Positions 1 through 23,915 of a stretch of DNA of 64,000 nucleotides are shown here, in pieces. Source of the DNA: Amoebidium appalachense (lineage: Eukaryota > Protista > Ichthyosporea); contig CAVNZM010000011.1 of the NCBI GenBank assembly GCA_963693365.1, positions 8,173,937 through 8,237,936 on the forward strand, given 5' to 3'. The translations under genes and the position numbers were made by a program. The notes under the pieces were generated by a model. The model did no database searches, had not been told where the DNA came from, and saw nothing but the letters and a program-made list of their open reading frames with translations. How positions within the stretch are numbered: position 1 is the stretch's first letter; each line of letters begins with the position of its first letter.

Positions 1-54
1 GCGCGCGCGCGCGCACGTGTACCCGCACATTTTACCAAACAAAGTTCGTACATC

Positions 55-138
<84 letters not shown>

Positions 139-302
139 AGACACACATACGAACACACACTCACACACACACATGCACGCAAATCCACACAGAAATACAA
201 ACACAAAAAGAAATATAAACACACACATGCACCACACACCACAGATACTCACACACATCCCTCCTCCCCCCCCCCCCCCCCCCCCCACACACACACATAA
301 GC

Positions 303-362
<60 letters not shown>

Positions 363-902
363 ACACTAAGCACCGCTTACACACACATACACACTCACAC
401 ACATTCCCCCCCCCTTCATGCACTAACAGACGCACGCACACATGCGCGCATGCATGCATGCATGCACGCACGCACGCATGCACACCTACACGAACAAACA
501 CACACACCATCCACATTCACCCCCACCATTCCCCTCGACTGCTGGACAGTGCCACACTATTTCCAGATGCGGTTGTTTTCAGCCCGGCTGCCTCCTTATT
601 CTGCGCAAAAAAAGACAAAATATATAAACAAATCAGAATTACATTTCTCTCGAAGAAACATACTCAACCCCTGCTAATCCTTACTACTTATCCCCTTTGT
701 ATACACCTCCCCCCCTCCCCCCTCCCCCCCCTGGGACCCATTGACATGCCCCCTGCCGTTGACACACAAAACATGAACAAAGCAAAGCAAAGTAGACTAT
801 ACCCTATCCCTTGTGATACCTCTGCCATATCATGTTATTTGTAACTTGATTTAATCCGAGAATCTGGCAGCACATAGACCACTGACCAGGAATTGTACCC
901 TG

Positions 903-1006
<104 letters not shown>

Positions 1007-2119
1007 AGAACAACACAAGAGAAAAAAGGAATGTCATAGGGTATAGTCTACTCAATGGCGAGAAGCCGTTAACCTAACACGCATAGAGAAACATGAAATT
1101 GTGGTTATCTACTTCGTGATGGGAAACTTAGCTGAATAAAGCTGAGCAAGAAGGTGGAATAGGCGGGTTCCATGAATAAGAAATGTGAAAAACGAACGTC
1201 ATTTACTCCGCCTGCAAGAGAAGTGAACTGTATTGTTTGTTTGTATTTCGTGTATGTGATATCTGTGATATCTCGTTTGTTAATATTTTGGAAGCATACC
1301 AATAAAGTCATTATATAGAAATAAAGCACGGCATCAAGTAGGGCTGGATGGTGGTGTGGTGTGAACACGTGTCTGCACAGTGTAACTAGCCTGCAAATAA
1401 CTGAACTCAATTTAGTGGCTGAACAGGGGGAGGGAGGGAGGGAGGGAGGGAGGGAGGGCGGGGGGAGGGGGGGGGGGGAGGACTGGGAGGGGGGGAGGGG
1501 GGGGGGGGGGGGGGGAAGGGGGGAATGGGGGAATTTGGGGGTCGTGAGGGGTATGGGAGCCCCGAGAGAGATATTTTGGCCAGGGGAAGCATCTGAGCGA
1601 CCGCTTTGAGGAAATGGTGGTGGTTTAAGCGCCAGGGGGGTCCTTTTTGAATCAGGGGGGTTTCACAGATATACACACCTGTCTTGGATATTTTATATTT
1701 CAAACTGTTTCTTTGTTTTTGTTTTCATCCATTTATTTGAGGTGATATGTGGCACCGGGTGCCATTTTTCAGGTACTAGCCCCAAGAGACCAATATACCT
1801 AGTTTCTAGATTGTGCCCGTCAAACAGGCATGGCAGAATGGCCGGGCTGTACATATTTACACAAAGACATGGGGGCTTTTTCTAGTTTTCTACGGAACTG
1901 AAATGGGGGGGGGGGGGGGGGGGGGGGGGTTCCGGTATCATAACTGAACTTTTTTCCTATCGACAGAAGGGGGTCTAACATGGTGTGGTGGTGCTGTGAG
2001 GTTGAGGGTGATGGGCTGCATGTTGTATCGCATATCATGTATTGTGGTTGTGGCTAAGGCATTGGTGAGTATGGTTCCTGTCGGGCAATCTCATAATCAT
2101 AACACCGGCTGTGTGTGTG

Positions 2120-2176
<57 letters not shown>

Positions 2177-2438
2177 CGTGTGTGCTTGCGTGCGTTTGTG
2201 CGTGCATGCGTGCGTGCCTGCGCGCGCGCACGTTGGTGGTTGGGGGGGGGGGGGGGGGGGAGGGTTGAGCAGAAACGTGGTAGCGAGCATGAGTGTGAAG
2301 TTCGTGTTAAGACCCTCTTTAATTTGCCATCTGTCTATATTTGTGTGTGCTCTGTTCTCTGTCTTCCGCCTTCCCTTCTTCCTCTCTGCTCCCTTTCCTT
2401 ACCCTATTTTCTTTTTCTCCGTTTTCTCCACTTCTTCT

Positions 2439-2565
<127 letters not shown>

Positions 2566-2993
2566 CTCTCTCTCTCTCTCTCTCCCCCGCCCCCTTCTCT
2601 CTCTCGCTCTCTCTCTCTCACTCCCCCCCCCCCCCTTTCCCCCTCTTCCCTCCGGGCCCCCGAGTCCCCTTTCTGTATTTTCAGAAATTAAATATCAATT
2701 GTAGTCATGTTACTTTTGTAGCTGCATGCAAAACCCTGCTGGGCACAAATATCATGCCCCACAGCCATTCATACGGGACCCTGCTGATAATCAGAGCCCC
2801 CCACCCCCGGGGGGGGGGGAGGGGGGAGGGGGGGGGGGGGGGAAGGGAGGGGGGGGGGAGGGGGGAGGGGGGGGGTTCAAACTATTTATGCCCTTACGCA
2901 TTTTGTCGTATCACCGGGTCCTGCCGCTAACGCTATTTAGCGTTAGCGTTAGGGGGAGGGGTGTGTGTGTGTGCCAACGGTTGGGGGGCGCGA

Positions 2994-7950
<4,957 letters not shown>

Positions 7951-8724
7951 ACCATTATCAATCTCCCCCCCACCCCCCCACCCCCCCCACCCCCCCTCCC
8001 CCAAAAATTCTCCCACCCATCCACACACACTCACACACAAACATCAGCCACCAACCTCATCCACATTTATCTCTGCAACTCCAGCCCTCTCAAAAACATC
8101 AGTGGTTGCCTCCCTGCCAGCCCTCCCACCTCCCCCTACCTACAACCCCTCCCTTCCCTCCCTTTCACCTCCCCTTCTCCCCCCTCTTCCCCCCTCACCG
8201 ACACACCACCGCCAACAAATTACCACACATCCTCAATCCCCCCCCCCCAACACCCACATGCACACTGACACACACACGCACACACACACACACACACACA
8301 CAAACACTCAAAACTACCCTTTCGCGTCTGCCTGTTACCCCATTCCGCTCCCCTCTCTCCTCTAATTCTCACTTCCATAATCAACAAGCACGGTCAGGAA
8401 GATTCACTGCTTGCCTGCACACACACACGGTTGTGCGTGTGTGTGTGCGTGGGGGGGGGGGGGGGGGGGGGGGGGGGGGTGTAGGAAGGGAGAGAGAGAG
8501 AGAGAGAGGGCAGGAGGGATGGGAAGAGTGACCGGAGGGCGAGGGCCGAGAGGGGGGGGGGGGGGGGAAGGGGAGGGGGTTGGAAGGAGGGGTAGGGGGA
8601 GGGGGGGGGGGGGGGGGGAGGGGGCGGGTGGGCGGGCGAGCGGGATACCCGAGAGGGTGGGTGGGTGGGCAAGTTGGAGGGGGAGGGGGGAGGGGGGGGT
8701 GGGGGGGGTCTAAGCATGTGTAAA

Positions 8725-11031
8725 TTACCTGTGCACCCACCGAGAAAGCAAGGGCCTCCGTCTCCATGAGTATTCGAGTCCACGTCGGAGATTTGGGCAT
8801 AGCGCCAGTGGATACAGCCGACACGCACATCCCTCGTGCTCGAACACGCTTTCCACTCGAGATAAGCGTGGGTGGTACGCCAGTGGGGTGAAATCATAAC
8901 ATTGATCAGTTTTAAGGAAGAGTTGTTCGAGTTCCCCGCACTTTGCAATGGAAACCAAGTCGATAATGGAACTGCTTTGAAGCAACAACTTGGCCAGATG
9001 CGGCCACTTGTAGAGCTCACGTTGGGGGAAATCGTCTCGACGAATGGCCAACTCACGGATTTTCGTGCACGTGACGAGGGGCGAGATGTCCATGGCGATG
9101 TCACTCACGAATTTTTCCCCCAGCGTGAAAGAAGTGAGGGCAGAGCAGTGACTAATGGCCTCGATGTTGCCAAAGTTACACCGTGCAAGACCCATCTCCC
9201 TGCAGCAAAAAAAAGTGTAAGGATCGTGCATCTGTTAGATATAGTTACCCGACATTCAATAGTAATTTTTTTTTTCTTCGTTTGGTTTCTGTCCTTATAG
9301 TTTCGCTTGAATACTCGTGATGATCAAGAGCCATTACTGGTTCAGATAACTACTCTTTCACAAGGCTCTCCCCAAAAAATTCATGAACACGGCGGATAGC
9401 GATCTCTACCCTCCTCCCCAACCACCACCAAACGCACACACACACCCTTGTGCCCCTACCCAAAAAGTCATTCTTGGTGCCGCTTAGAATCTCCTATTTG
9501 TATGAGAATAGAGTAAACACATACCGCAGATGTGGTGCCCATGGTGCTTGTTCTGTCTCTGCGGCTGCGATCCCGCCAGCCACGCAAACATATGTAAGCT
9601 GGATGCACTCTAGTGCCCTGCAGCCCTGTAGGAAGTTTGGCGCAAAACGACACTCCTCGGGTCCCGGATCCAAAATACACGTGAACTTCTTTAACTTCGG
9701 GTAGTGTAAAACCGGCACGTAGTAGGGTCTAAGGCAACGACCAACGAACTCTAGCGAAGTAGCCGAGTCGCACTGTGAAAGGAAAACTAGGTCCTGAACC
9801 GAAAATCGCGCACGGCAAGGCACTTAATACGACATAGTGCCTCCACTGGGTATTCGTCCCGCAAAACAACATTGCGTCTATCCGTGGAGGAAATCTGAAG
9901 CTCTCGAATGGAAGGACAGTCGGTCAGCAGACACAGAGAGATTTCCGTAACACCACCGTCCACCGTCTTGTCGGCGAAAACGTGCAACACTTCGAGTTTT
10001 GTGGTTGCACGCAGGCCAGCCAGGCATAGCGCATCTCCGTCTACACCCACCTCTAGGCGGCGAAGGTTGACCAACTGGGCGTGTCCACCGTCTTGTCGGC
10101 GAAAACGTGCAACACTTCGAGTTTTGTGGTTGCACGCAGGCCAGCCAGGCATAGCGCATCTCCGTCTACACCCACCTCTAGGCGGCGAAGGTTGACCAAC
10201 TGGGCGAGCGTGTCTGCATCCAGAAGACGAAAGCTTCGGTCGATGGCTAGCTCCGTAAGCTGTGTTGCTTGTACCGTGAACGCCTTAGGAATAAGCCTCG
10301 GTTTTTCCAAGAGAACCCCAATGCTAGAAATTGTGAGCGAGCCCAGAGCAGAGGAGGTTGGTAGAAACTTGTTCAAGACGTCTTTAGAATGGTAGTGACG
10401 TTCCATATTAAACGACACGGAAAGCACGCTAGCTGGAATCACATGCAGGAGCAGCTCCGAATGGAAAATGTGAAAGAAGTTGTCAGTCACAACATCAGCG
10501 TCCCTGAAGAACAGATTAGAAGTGTCAACTGTGATTTTCTTCACGTGTTCAAAATGTCCAAAAAACTATTGGATCTTGGATAGCAGCAACATAGCCTGTG
10601 CACGTGCACCGTTGCGATGCGAATCTGGGTCGTCCGCGTGTATGATTGAACTTGAGTCATAAAACGGTTTTAAGGACAATTTCAGTGTGACGGCGGAGAC
10701 ATATGGGCAGAGAGCCGAAATGATTTTCTCCGAGGGGATGCTGTCTCGAAACGCCTCCGCCAAATATCTCTCGTGGGTGTGGTCGCTGTTGGAAGCTTGG
10801 TCAAGGTTATTCTCTGGTGAAAGCATTAATATTCAATCATGTCTGCTTGACAGGGCAGCTCAACACGTACGTGTAGGTTGAGGGGCCTAGCGGCGCATGA
10901 ACGCGAGGCGAGAAAAAGAGTACGGCATACTACGATAGGTTGAGGCGGTCTTTGTTGGAGAGAAAGGAAACGACGTGAATGAACGTGTCAAGACGCAGGG
11001 CAGTCAGTAAGCGTGTTTCGTTTTCTTCCAT
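8725..11031 (-). pseudogene. F-box-like / leucine-rich-repeat protein, disrupted
   Basis: ATG at 11031 gives MEENETRLLTALRLDTFIHVVSFLSNKDRLNLS* (F-box-like, then an in-frame TAG). Downstream fragments in different frames carry LRR-like units (LAQLVNLRRLEV, LTDCPSIRELQI, ISHCSALTSFTL, LVTCTKIRELAI, IAKCGELEQLFL, LALCPNLRRGL). Contains an exact 125-bp-period tandem duplication (9958-10081 / 10083-10206). Confidence 0.65.
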
Positions 11032-11579
11032 GTTGCAGGTAGGCCCCTTAAATGGAGGCCGTGAGAGTGGTGTGGTTGTGTTTGTGAGCTCAAGTGCAAA
11101 TCATGGAAACAAATAACAACTATCACCCACAAAATGCGTCAAATCACAACTACTAATCCAAAGTAATGCGTTTAGGATCCACTCGGGGCCTTCTTTATAA
11201 TATTGCAGTTGCCCAAAAAATAAGTTGCAACTTTGTTTCATTTTTTGCACATTCTGACATGACATGGTTACGTAACCTGAGCTCCCTTACGTACATTTCA
11301 TTGGTCCATATATTTACTCCTCTCAGTGATTGGTTATTCACGCATCAAAACCTCGGGAGTTCATTGACGCAAAATGAGGCGGATTCTGCCCCACACGTTC
11401 CAGCGACAACCACATTGAGGGTCAGTGCGAACGAAGGGACATTACATCTACAGCACCTACTCCTAAATACTTGTAGCCATCCCCTCTCCTATATAGGTAC
11501 CTCTCATTTTCTGTAATCTCCATAGTTATCTCAAATTTTATCGGATGCAATTGGGGATTACAAGGGGAAGAGAGGGGGA

Positions 11580-11627
<48 letters not shown>

Positions 11628-12257
11628 CCTCGCATTCCTCTCACCCCTTTCCTACCTACTCTCGCTGCTCCCCCCTCTCCCCTGCGAGTTCTGCCCCAAA
11701 ACACACACATGCGCGCGCGCGAGGTCATGTTTTTTGTTGCGCGCTTTGTGATCACAACAAATGCTGTACTGCTACACCACTATGCAGCACCTGTCTGACT
11801 AAATACCGAATCACCACAGCCGTGGACACAAGGGCAGAAATACTATACGTACAGAAACTGTTTTAATCATTGTAGTTGTTGGGGGCATGTCGGGCGGGAA
11901 GCGTCCCCCGGGGGGAAGGGGGGGGGGGGAGGGGAGGGGGGGGGGGGGGGGAGGGCTCGAAGGTAGCCTACATCTCTCTCTCTCCCCCCCCCCCCCCCCC
12001 CCCCCCCCCCGAGTCTCTCTCTCTCTATTTCTCGCTCTCTCGCTCTCTCTCTCTCTGAGAGCATATCCCTCTCTCTCTCTCTCTGTAGTGCGAGTGTGAG
12101 TGTCAGTGTGTGTTTGTGTGTGTGTTGTTTATTTGGGGTGTGGAAGCCGCGTGAATTCAAAAAGAGCAATCTGCAACAATGGGCATGCATGGTGCAATTC
12201 GATGAGATATAGGAACTTGGAGAGGGAGCTAGACAGGGGGGGTAGGGGCGCGCAAGG

Positions 12258-12312
<55 letters not shown>

Positions 12313-12931
12313 TTAGATTGCAAAGAGGCAGCCAAGTAGCAAGCATAACGCAAAAGCATGAAGCAGGAATAACAAAGATTGTTCTGTGAGGGGAAAAAAA
12401 TAGAACGTTGCATGTAAAACTACGATGAATGTTAGATAATAATTAGATGCGTCAACCGGAGGCGGGGCCGGTGGGGGAAAGGGGGAGGGGGGGGAGGGGG
12501 GGGAGGGGGGATGGCCATGATATGGTACGTCCAACTATTGTTACATTCTACGAAGACAAAAAAGGCAATGGATTTATTTTTAATTCTGTAGCTAGTGCGA
12601 GCTCCTAGCCCACTCGAACCCTAACATCTTGTAATTATTAGAGTTGAAAAGACTGTTTGCAGAGCTTCAGGTTAAAGAGATCATTTCTCTCCTTTTCTTT
12701 TCCGGCTTACTTCAACTGTTGTGTATAGCTGCAAGCTTACATGGGTGGGTATTAAAATCTAAAAATGATAAATACTACGATTCTTTAACCAGCACATAAA
12801 GACTGAACCACATAAATGGTGATAGTATTTAAGGAGGATAAAGAAGTAAACACCCCAAACAATGCATATAATGAGGTGACTGTGCACACCAGGAAGCTTT
12901 TATAAGGATACCCCAACACACCCATCCACAT

Positions 12932-14203
12932 TTAGATTCTAAAGGCACCGGGGCCGGGCGCCATCTTAAAGAACACAGCGCGAACCTTATTCTCCGGGTG
13001 CTCCTTCAGGTACACCTCCTCCCACTTAGCCTTAAAGGCATCGGCATCTGACTTCTTAACGAGCGCCCAAACGCTCCCGCCGAATCCCGCGCCAAAAGCG
13101 GAAGCAGCGATTGCGCCCAAGTCACGCGCTGCCTTGGGCAGGAAGCGTGTGGCAGGCACGAGGTTATTTAAGTGGGTGTCGGTCAGCTGCTGCGACAGAT
13201 CCACCAACCGGCCGAGGGTGTTAAAATCCGACGAATCAAACGCCTTTGCCACCCCCTGCACAATCACCTCGCTCTCCTCGTAGAACTGCTCGAACCGCGT
13301 AACGAGCGACCCCTTCGGGTACTTGGTTTTACCCTCCTCCTTCGGGTATGTCTTCCCGTCGTCCAACTGACGAATCACATCGATGATTGCCTGCTTCATG
13401 TCCGTTCCCGCAGGGGATGTTTCACGCACGTGCTTGACAACCTTGGCGAGATTTGCGCAGTTTGAACCCGTTGCGTCGTTGTAGGCGACCTTTGCATCTC
13501 TCGCCTGGAAAGCCGCGTTGTTGTAATCTTCGAGTTTGTCTCCTGTCTTCTCTGCAACGTTTCCGCTTGAAGCAATGACAAAGGTGCAGTCGCTGGGGAA
13601 GTTGAACGCCCCCTCGAACCTGTGAATGTGCATATGCGTGTGAGAGAGGGGTTGGTGGAATAGGAGGAGGGCCCTTTTGGGGAGGGGAGGGGGGAGGGGA
13701 GAAGGGGGAGGGGGGAGGGGTGGGGGGAAGAGGGGGGGGGGGGGGGGGGGGGAGAAGGTTATAGAGGGGGTTCGAGGTGTGGGAGAAAAATAAGCTCGAG
13801 GAGAGAGGTATGATTGGTGGGTGAGATGGGGGTTGGGGGGGGGGGGGGGGGGGGGGAGGGGAGAGGGGATGGAGTAAAGGATGTTGACCCGGGGGAGAGA
13901 ACAGCAGCAGGTGGGGCTCGGGCTGGCTTTGAGGGCGGGGAGGGGGGAGGGCGGGAGGGGGAGGGGAGGGGAGGGGGGGATTGCATAAGGCAGGAAGATG
14001 AAGCAAGGCAAGATAACGACCGGATGTAGGGGCAAAGATCCCCTCCTACCCTGCCCCCCCCCCCCCCCCCCCCCCCCCCCTCCCCCCCCCCTCCCACACA
14101 CACACACACCCACACACACGCGCGCCTCACCCTTACCTAACATCCCGTATATCATCGCATATTCAAAGGTCTTTTCCCTCGTTCACTATTCGACCCCCCC
14201 TCC

Positions 14204-14267
<64 letters not shown>

Positions 14268-14578
14268 AACACACACACACACACACACATACACCTCACT
14301 CCCCAACACGTATCCCAACAAGGAAGAAGAAGAGAACATTTAGCCAAGGGTCATCCTCCTTTCCCCCCTTCCCCCCCCCCCCCCTCCCCCCCCCCCCCCT
14401 CCCCCCTCCCCCCCCCCCCCCCCCCCCCCTCCCCCTTCCCACCTCCCTCCTCCCCCCCTTCATATTTCTCTTCGTGATTCTGTCAGACCACCAAACTCAG
14501 CACACACCCCCTCCACTCACCACACTACCGTCAAACACAGGCTTAGTTCGCTTCTGCTCAACCCATTTACCTACATTT

Positions 14579-14613
<35 letters not shown>

Positions 14614-14626
14614 CCTTTCCCCCCTC

Positions 14627-14662
<36 letters not shown>

Positions 14663-15495
14663 TTTCCAGCCATCCCCCGGAAAAAACCCTCTACCCCTCC
14701 CCCCTCCCTCCCCCAGCCACCTGCCTGCAAACACATGCACACACACCTTGTAGGGCAGTAGGAGAACATATTCAGCTTCCCAGGCTTGCAGCTCATGATG
14801 GCCGTGTGATCCTCCGACCCACCAAACGTCCCCACCCCCCTGTCTCCGGGCAGCTCCGTGCCGCAGTTCTGCCCATTCTCAATGAACCCCAAATACCCAT
14901 ACAGGTCTTCCACTGTGGGGAGCGTGCGCTCGAACTTCTCATCCTCCCACAGGTTGTTTCTGTCTGCAAGCGTCATGAACATGTAACAAATCACCGCGCT
15001 AGACGTGCTCATGCCGCTTGCGTCTGGAATGTCGCAGCCAATGGCGATGTCCAAGCCCTTGTTAATCCCGAAGTTGCGGGCGAGACGACGCACAGCAGTG
15101 GCCGGGTAGTTCACCCAGCTGGCGCCAGCCTTGGAGGGGTCGAGCTCGGGGGAAATTTCGAACTCCGCCTGTTTTTTCGATCCGTCGGCAAAAGTTGTGA
15201 AGATGCGAACATGGTTGTCGTCACGGTCTACGGTAACAACGCCGAACCCACGGGAGACGGCCGCGAGCAGACTGCGTCCGCCTGCGTAGTCTGTGTGTTT
15301 TCCCACCACCTCCACACGGCCGGGGACAAAGTATGCACGTGCGTGTGTGTCTCCGCTTACACCTGCTTCTAGGAGGAGTTCTGCCCCCCTTGAGAGAAGC
15401 TTGTCTTTCTCTGCTGCGACTTCGGGGGTCAGGCCCTTTTCGGTGAGCTCTTTCTCAAGACCTCCCTTTGCAAGCTCGCTCAGTGTGTGCGGCAT
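12932..15495 (-). CDS. galactokinase-family GHMP kinase, 2 exons (15495-14747, 13619-12932), 478 aa
   Basis: Motifs PGRVEVVGKHTDY, IPDASGMSTSSA (GHMP ATP loop), GGSEDH and GAGFGG. A GT...CAG intron joins the exons in frame (749+688=1437 nt). Confidence 0.9.
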
Positions 15496-17522
15496 TTTCT
15501 ATGTTTTTTTTTTTCTATGTTGAACTTTGCCAGGGTGTGCTAACAGGAAAAGTGAAAATATGAGCAAGGGAAGGTAGTATTTGTGCTTTTATAGGTGGGG
15601 GTGGAAGGGGCGGAAAAGTAGTCTAGAACGTGAGGCCTTTGCCTGCGACCGTTCTGGTGTTTTCGCCCACAGGGAAAAATGAACGGAAACTCCGATTGGT
15701 GGGTTCAAAGAAAAACAATGAAAGGGGCAAATCGATCTTACTGTTCATGCAAACAACCTTGGCCAGGTATCTTGTTTTGAGGGGCCATATGCCTTATTAA
15801 GTGAGCAACAAAAAAAAAAAAAAAGAATGGGATTAATATAAAACATTTCTTCTAAAGCATTATTGACCAGAATGCAAGAACATTATTATTGCTTTTAAGT
15901 AGCAACGGCTCTAAATTAATCATTGGCAGAGGTAGTTTTGCACGGGATCTTGTAGGGTTTACCCATCTCCAGCTGACACCCCGTGCACAGGCGGGAGTCG
16001 GCTACACCATATCCAACAATTAATCTTATTCATAGAAAAATAAAAACAACCCTATAAATTATATACTTGTATTTTTAGAATTGATTATCTATGAAAATGC
16101 AACAGTGTAAATTTGTAGTCGTCCCTCCTACTCAGGACCTCCTGTCGGCCTCCGAACAACCAACACAATCGATTGGATACTCTCATTACAATCTAAGGGT
16201 TTTCATTAGCTATATATCATGCTTTTGTAAGTCAATAGATTTCCAGGCATTGGCCGCTTCGCTTGATTGGCGTTGCCCGCATCATACCAAATTAGGCAGC
16301 TAAATACATGGCATGCGTAGGGTGCTTTTGCTGTATTTATTTCTTCGCTATTTAGATACATGTTCCTTTCTCCTAGCCGTCCTTATCTCATGAACCCTAC
16401 ACTCTGTGCATCTGACCGCTTACCTCTTAGTGTGACGCATGTTTATAGGCGTATTTATTTATCATGCTGACCCGCGATCTGGGACGGTACCACCGCTGGG
16501 GTACCGGTCCGGCACAGTGCGCACGAATATGCGTAGGCACGTGCTGGTCAACTGCAGCTGGGCAGGATCCGAAAATCTCCGCGGCCGAGCAGCACATGCC
16601 GCGTCGGGCCCACCGTATGCATGTGCAACGTCGGATATCTCAGCGGCACATGTGACGTGTGTGCGTGCGTGCGTGTGCACGTGTGCGTGTGTGTGTGTGA
16701 GCGGGGGGAAGGGGGCAGTCCAGGTCTGGAGTACACGAGACGTTGCTGGCATCTGACCTTGCGCCAACATGTGATTTTCTCGGCTCTTCGAGAGCCACGC
16801 ACTGGCACGAAGTTGAGCCTCCAAAATCGAGACACACAGGTTTGGTTTATTCGTGCTGTACAGAAGGCTCTTAACACATATCTGCAGACCAGGCTTTTCA
16901 AGCACCATAAATGACAGTGATTACCATATGGCGTTTCAGTACCATAATCGGTCATGTGTCGCAAAAAAAAATCACATAGACTGATGGGATGGCTTTTTGC
17001 ACTTTTGCAGACTAACAAACACGGCCACCTCCATCTTCGACCAGTCACACAAAAAGAATATTTTTCTAAAGAAAAGAAACACGCCGCCGGGAAAACTTTA
17101 GTCACCTGCTAACCCCCCACACAAGCAATACACCCGTCCACCAACAAATTTAATAAACGAACCATAACAAACCCAGCTCTCACATAAAACACGTGGCTTC
17201 TTTTACAAAATAAATCACTTAAAGCAATGTCCGTTAATTCTCTACCGCCTGCCCTTAAAGGCACCCCTGGGTGGGCGTCCGCTTGAAGCGGTGGGGGGGG
17301 ACTTTGGTGCAGCCACGGGGGCAGGTGCGGCCTTGGGGGCTGAGGGGGCGGGGGCAGAGGAGGTGGCACCACCCGGCCCATCCTTGGCTGTGGAGGGGAA
17401 AGGGAGGGGGGAGGGTAGGGGGGGGGGGGGGGGGGGGAGGGGATGCAGTTAGTAGGTAGCCGTAGAGAATACCAGGTTTGAGCACCATGGTGCGGTGTCT
17501 TCAGGAAGTTTTTTTTTTTTTT

Positions 17523-17567
<45 letters not shown>

Positions 17568-17585
17568 GCGAGGGCAGAGCGAAGA

Positions 17586-17617
<32 letters not shown>

Positions 17618-17619
<2 letters not shown>

Positions 17620-17888
17620 TGAATGCGGAACACGGTACAAAGTACGCATACACGACGAGAAGCATGGTGCAGGACACATGCAAAGGCAAACATTCAAGTA
17701 TGCAACATCAGCCATGTGCACAGTATGCGTCATAAGCAGAGCCCATCCTCAGGGAGGACCCAAGTCATCAATTGCGTCTGAGTTTCGACCCCTTAGTCCG
17801 CGTATATACGACACTCCAACTCAGACAGCAGCATCAACTGAGCTTGGGCGGGTCAACCCGTCTTGATCAAAGACGAGCAGGGTTGCTT
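17618..17888 (-). mobile_element. ribozyme-like retroposon, subfamily V1, core intact (copy A)
   Basis: Closely similar to 21232-21527 and 54850-55081. Poly-G on both flanks; ends GCATTCAAA-(C)n in element orientation. Confidence 0.85.
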
Positions 17889-18295
17889 GGGGGGGGGGGG
17901 AGTAGCCTAGTATATGCTTTTACACATTCACGTAGGACAATAAGATGCAGATTTTGAGAAGCGCACATCAAGAGTATGTGTCTGTTATTAGCATGAGCAA
18001 AAACCATCTGGATGGGTGAGTGGGTGAAAGGTTTAGCTTACGGAACACGGTACGAAGCACAGTTACATGTTTAACAGTAAGACACACGGGTGAGGGGAGG
18101 GGGAAGGGGCAGGAGGCCGTGTCGTGAGGGTGGCAAGAGGGGCGAGGGAGGGTCTGTGTGTATGTGCGTGTTTGTGTATGTGTGTGCGTGTGTGCGTGCG
18201 TGTGTCTTGTGTGGTGTGTTTATGTGTTTTGAAGGGAGGGCGGGAGGCGGCGAGAGGGGGGGGGGGGGGGAAAGGAGAATGTATGTAGCACGTAC

Positions 18296-23915
<5,620 letters not shown>

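Noticed and set aside
2936-2955. TTAGCG/TTAGGG telomere-like units
   Set aside because: Only about 3 units; not significant.
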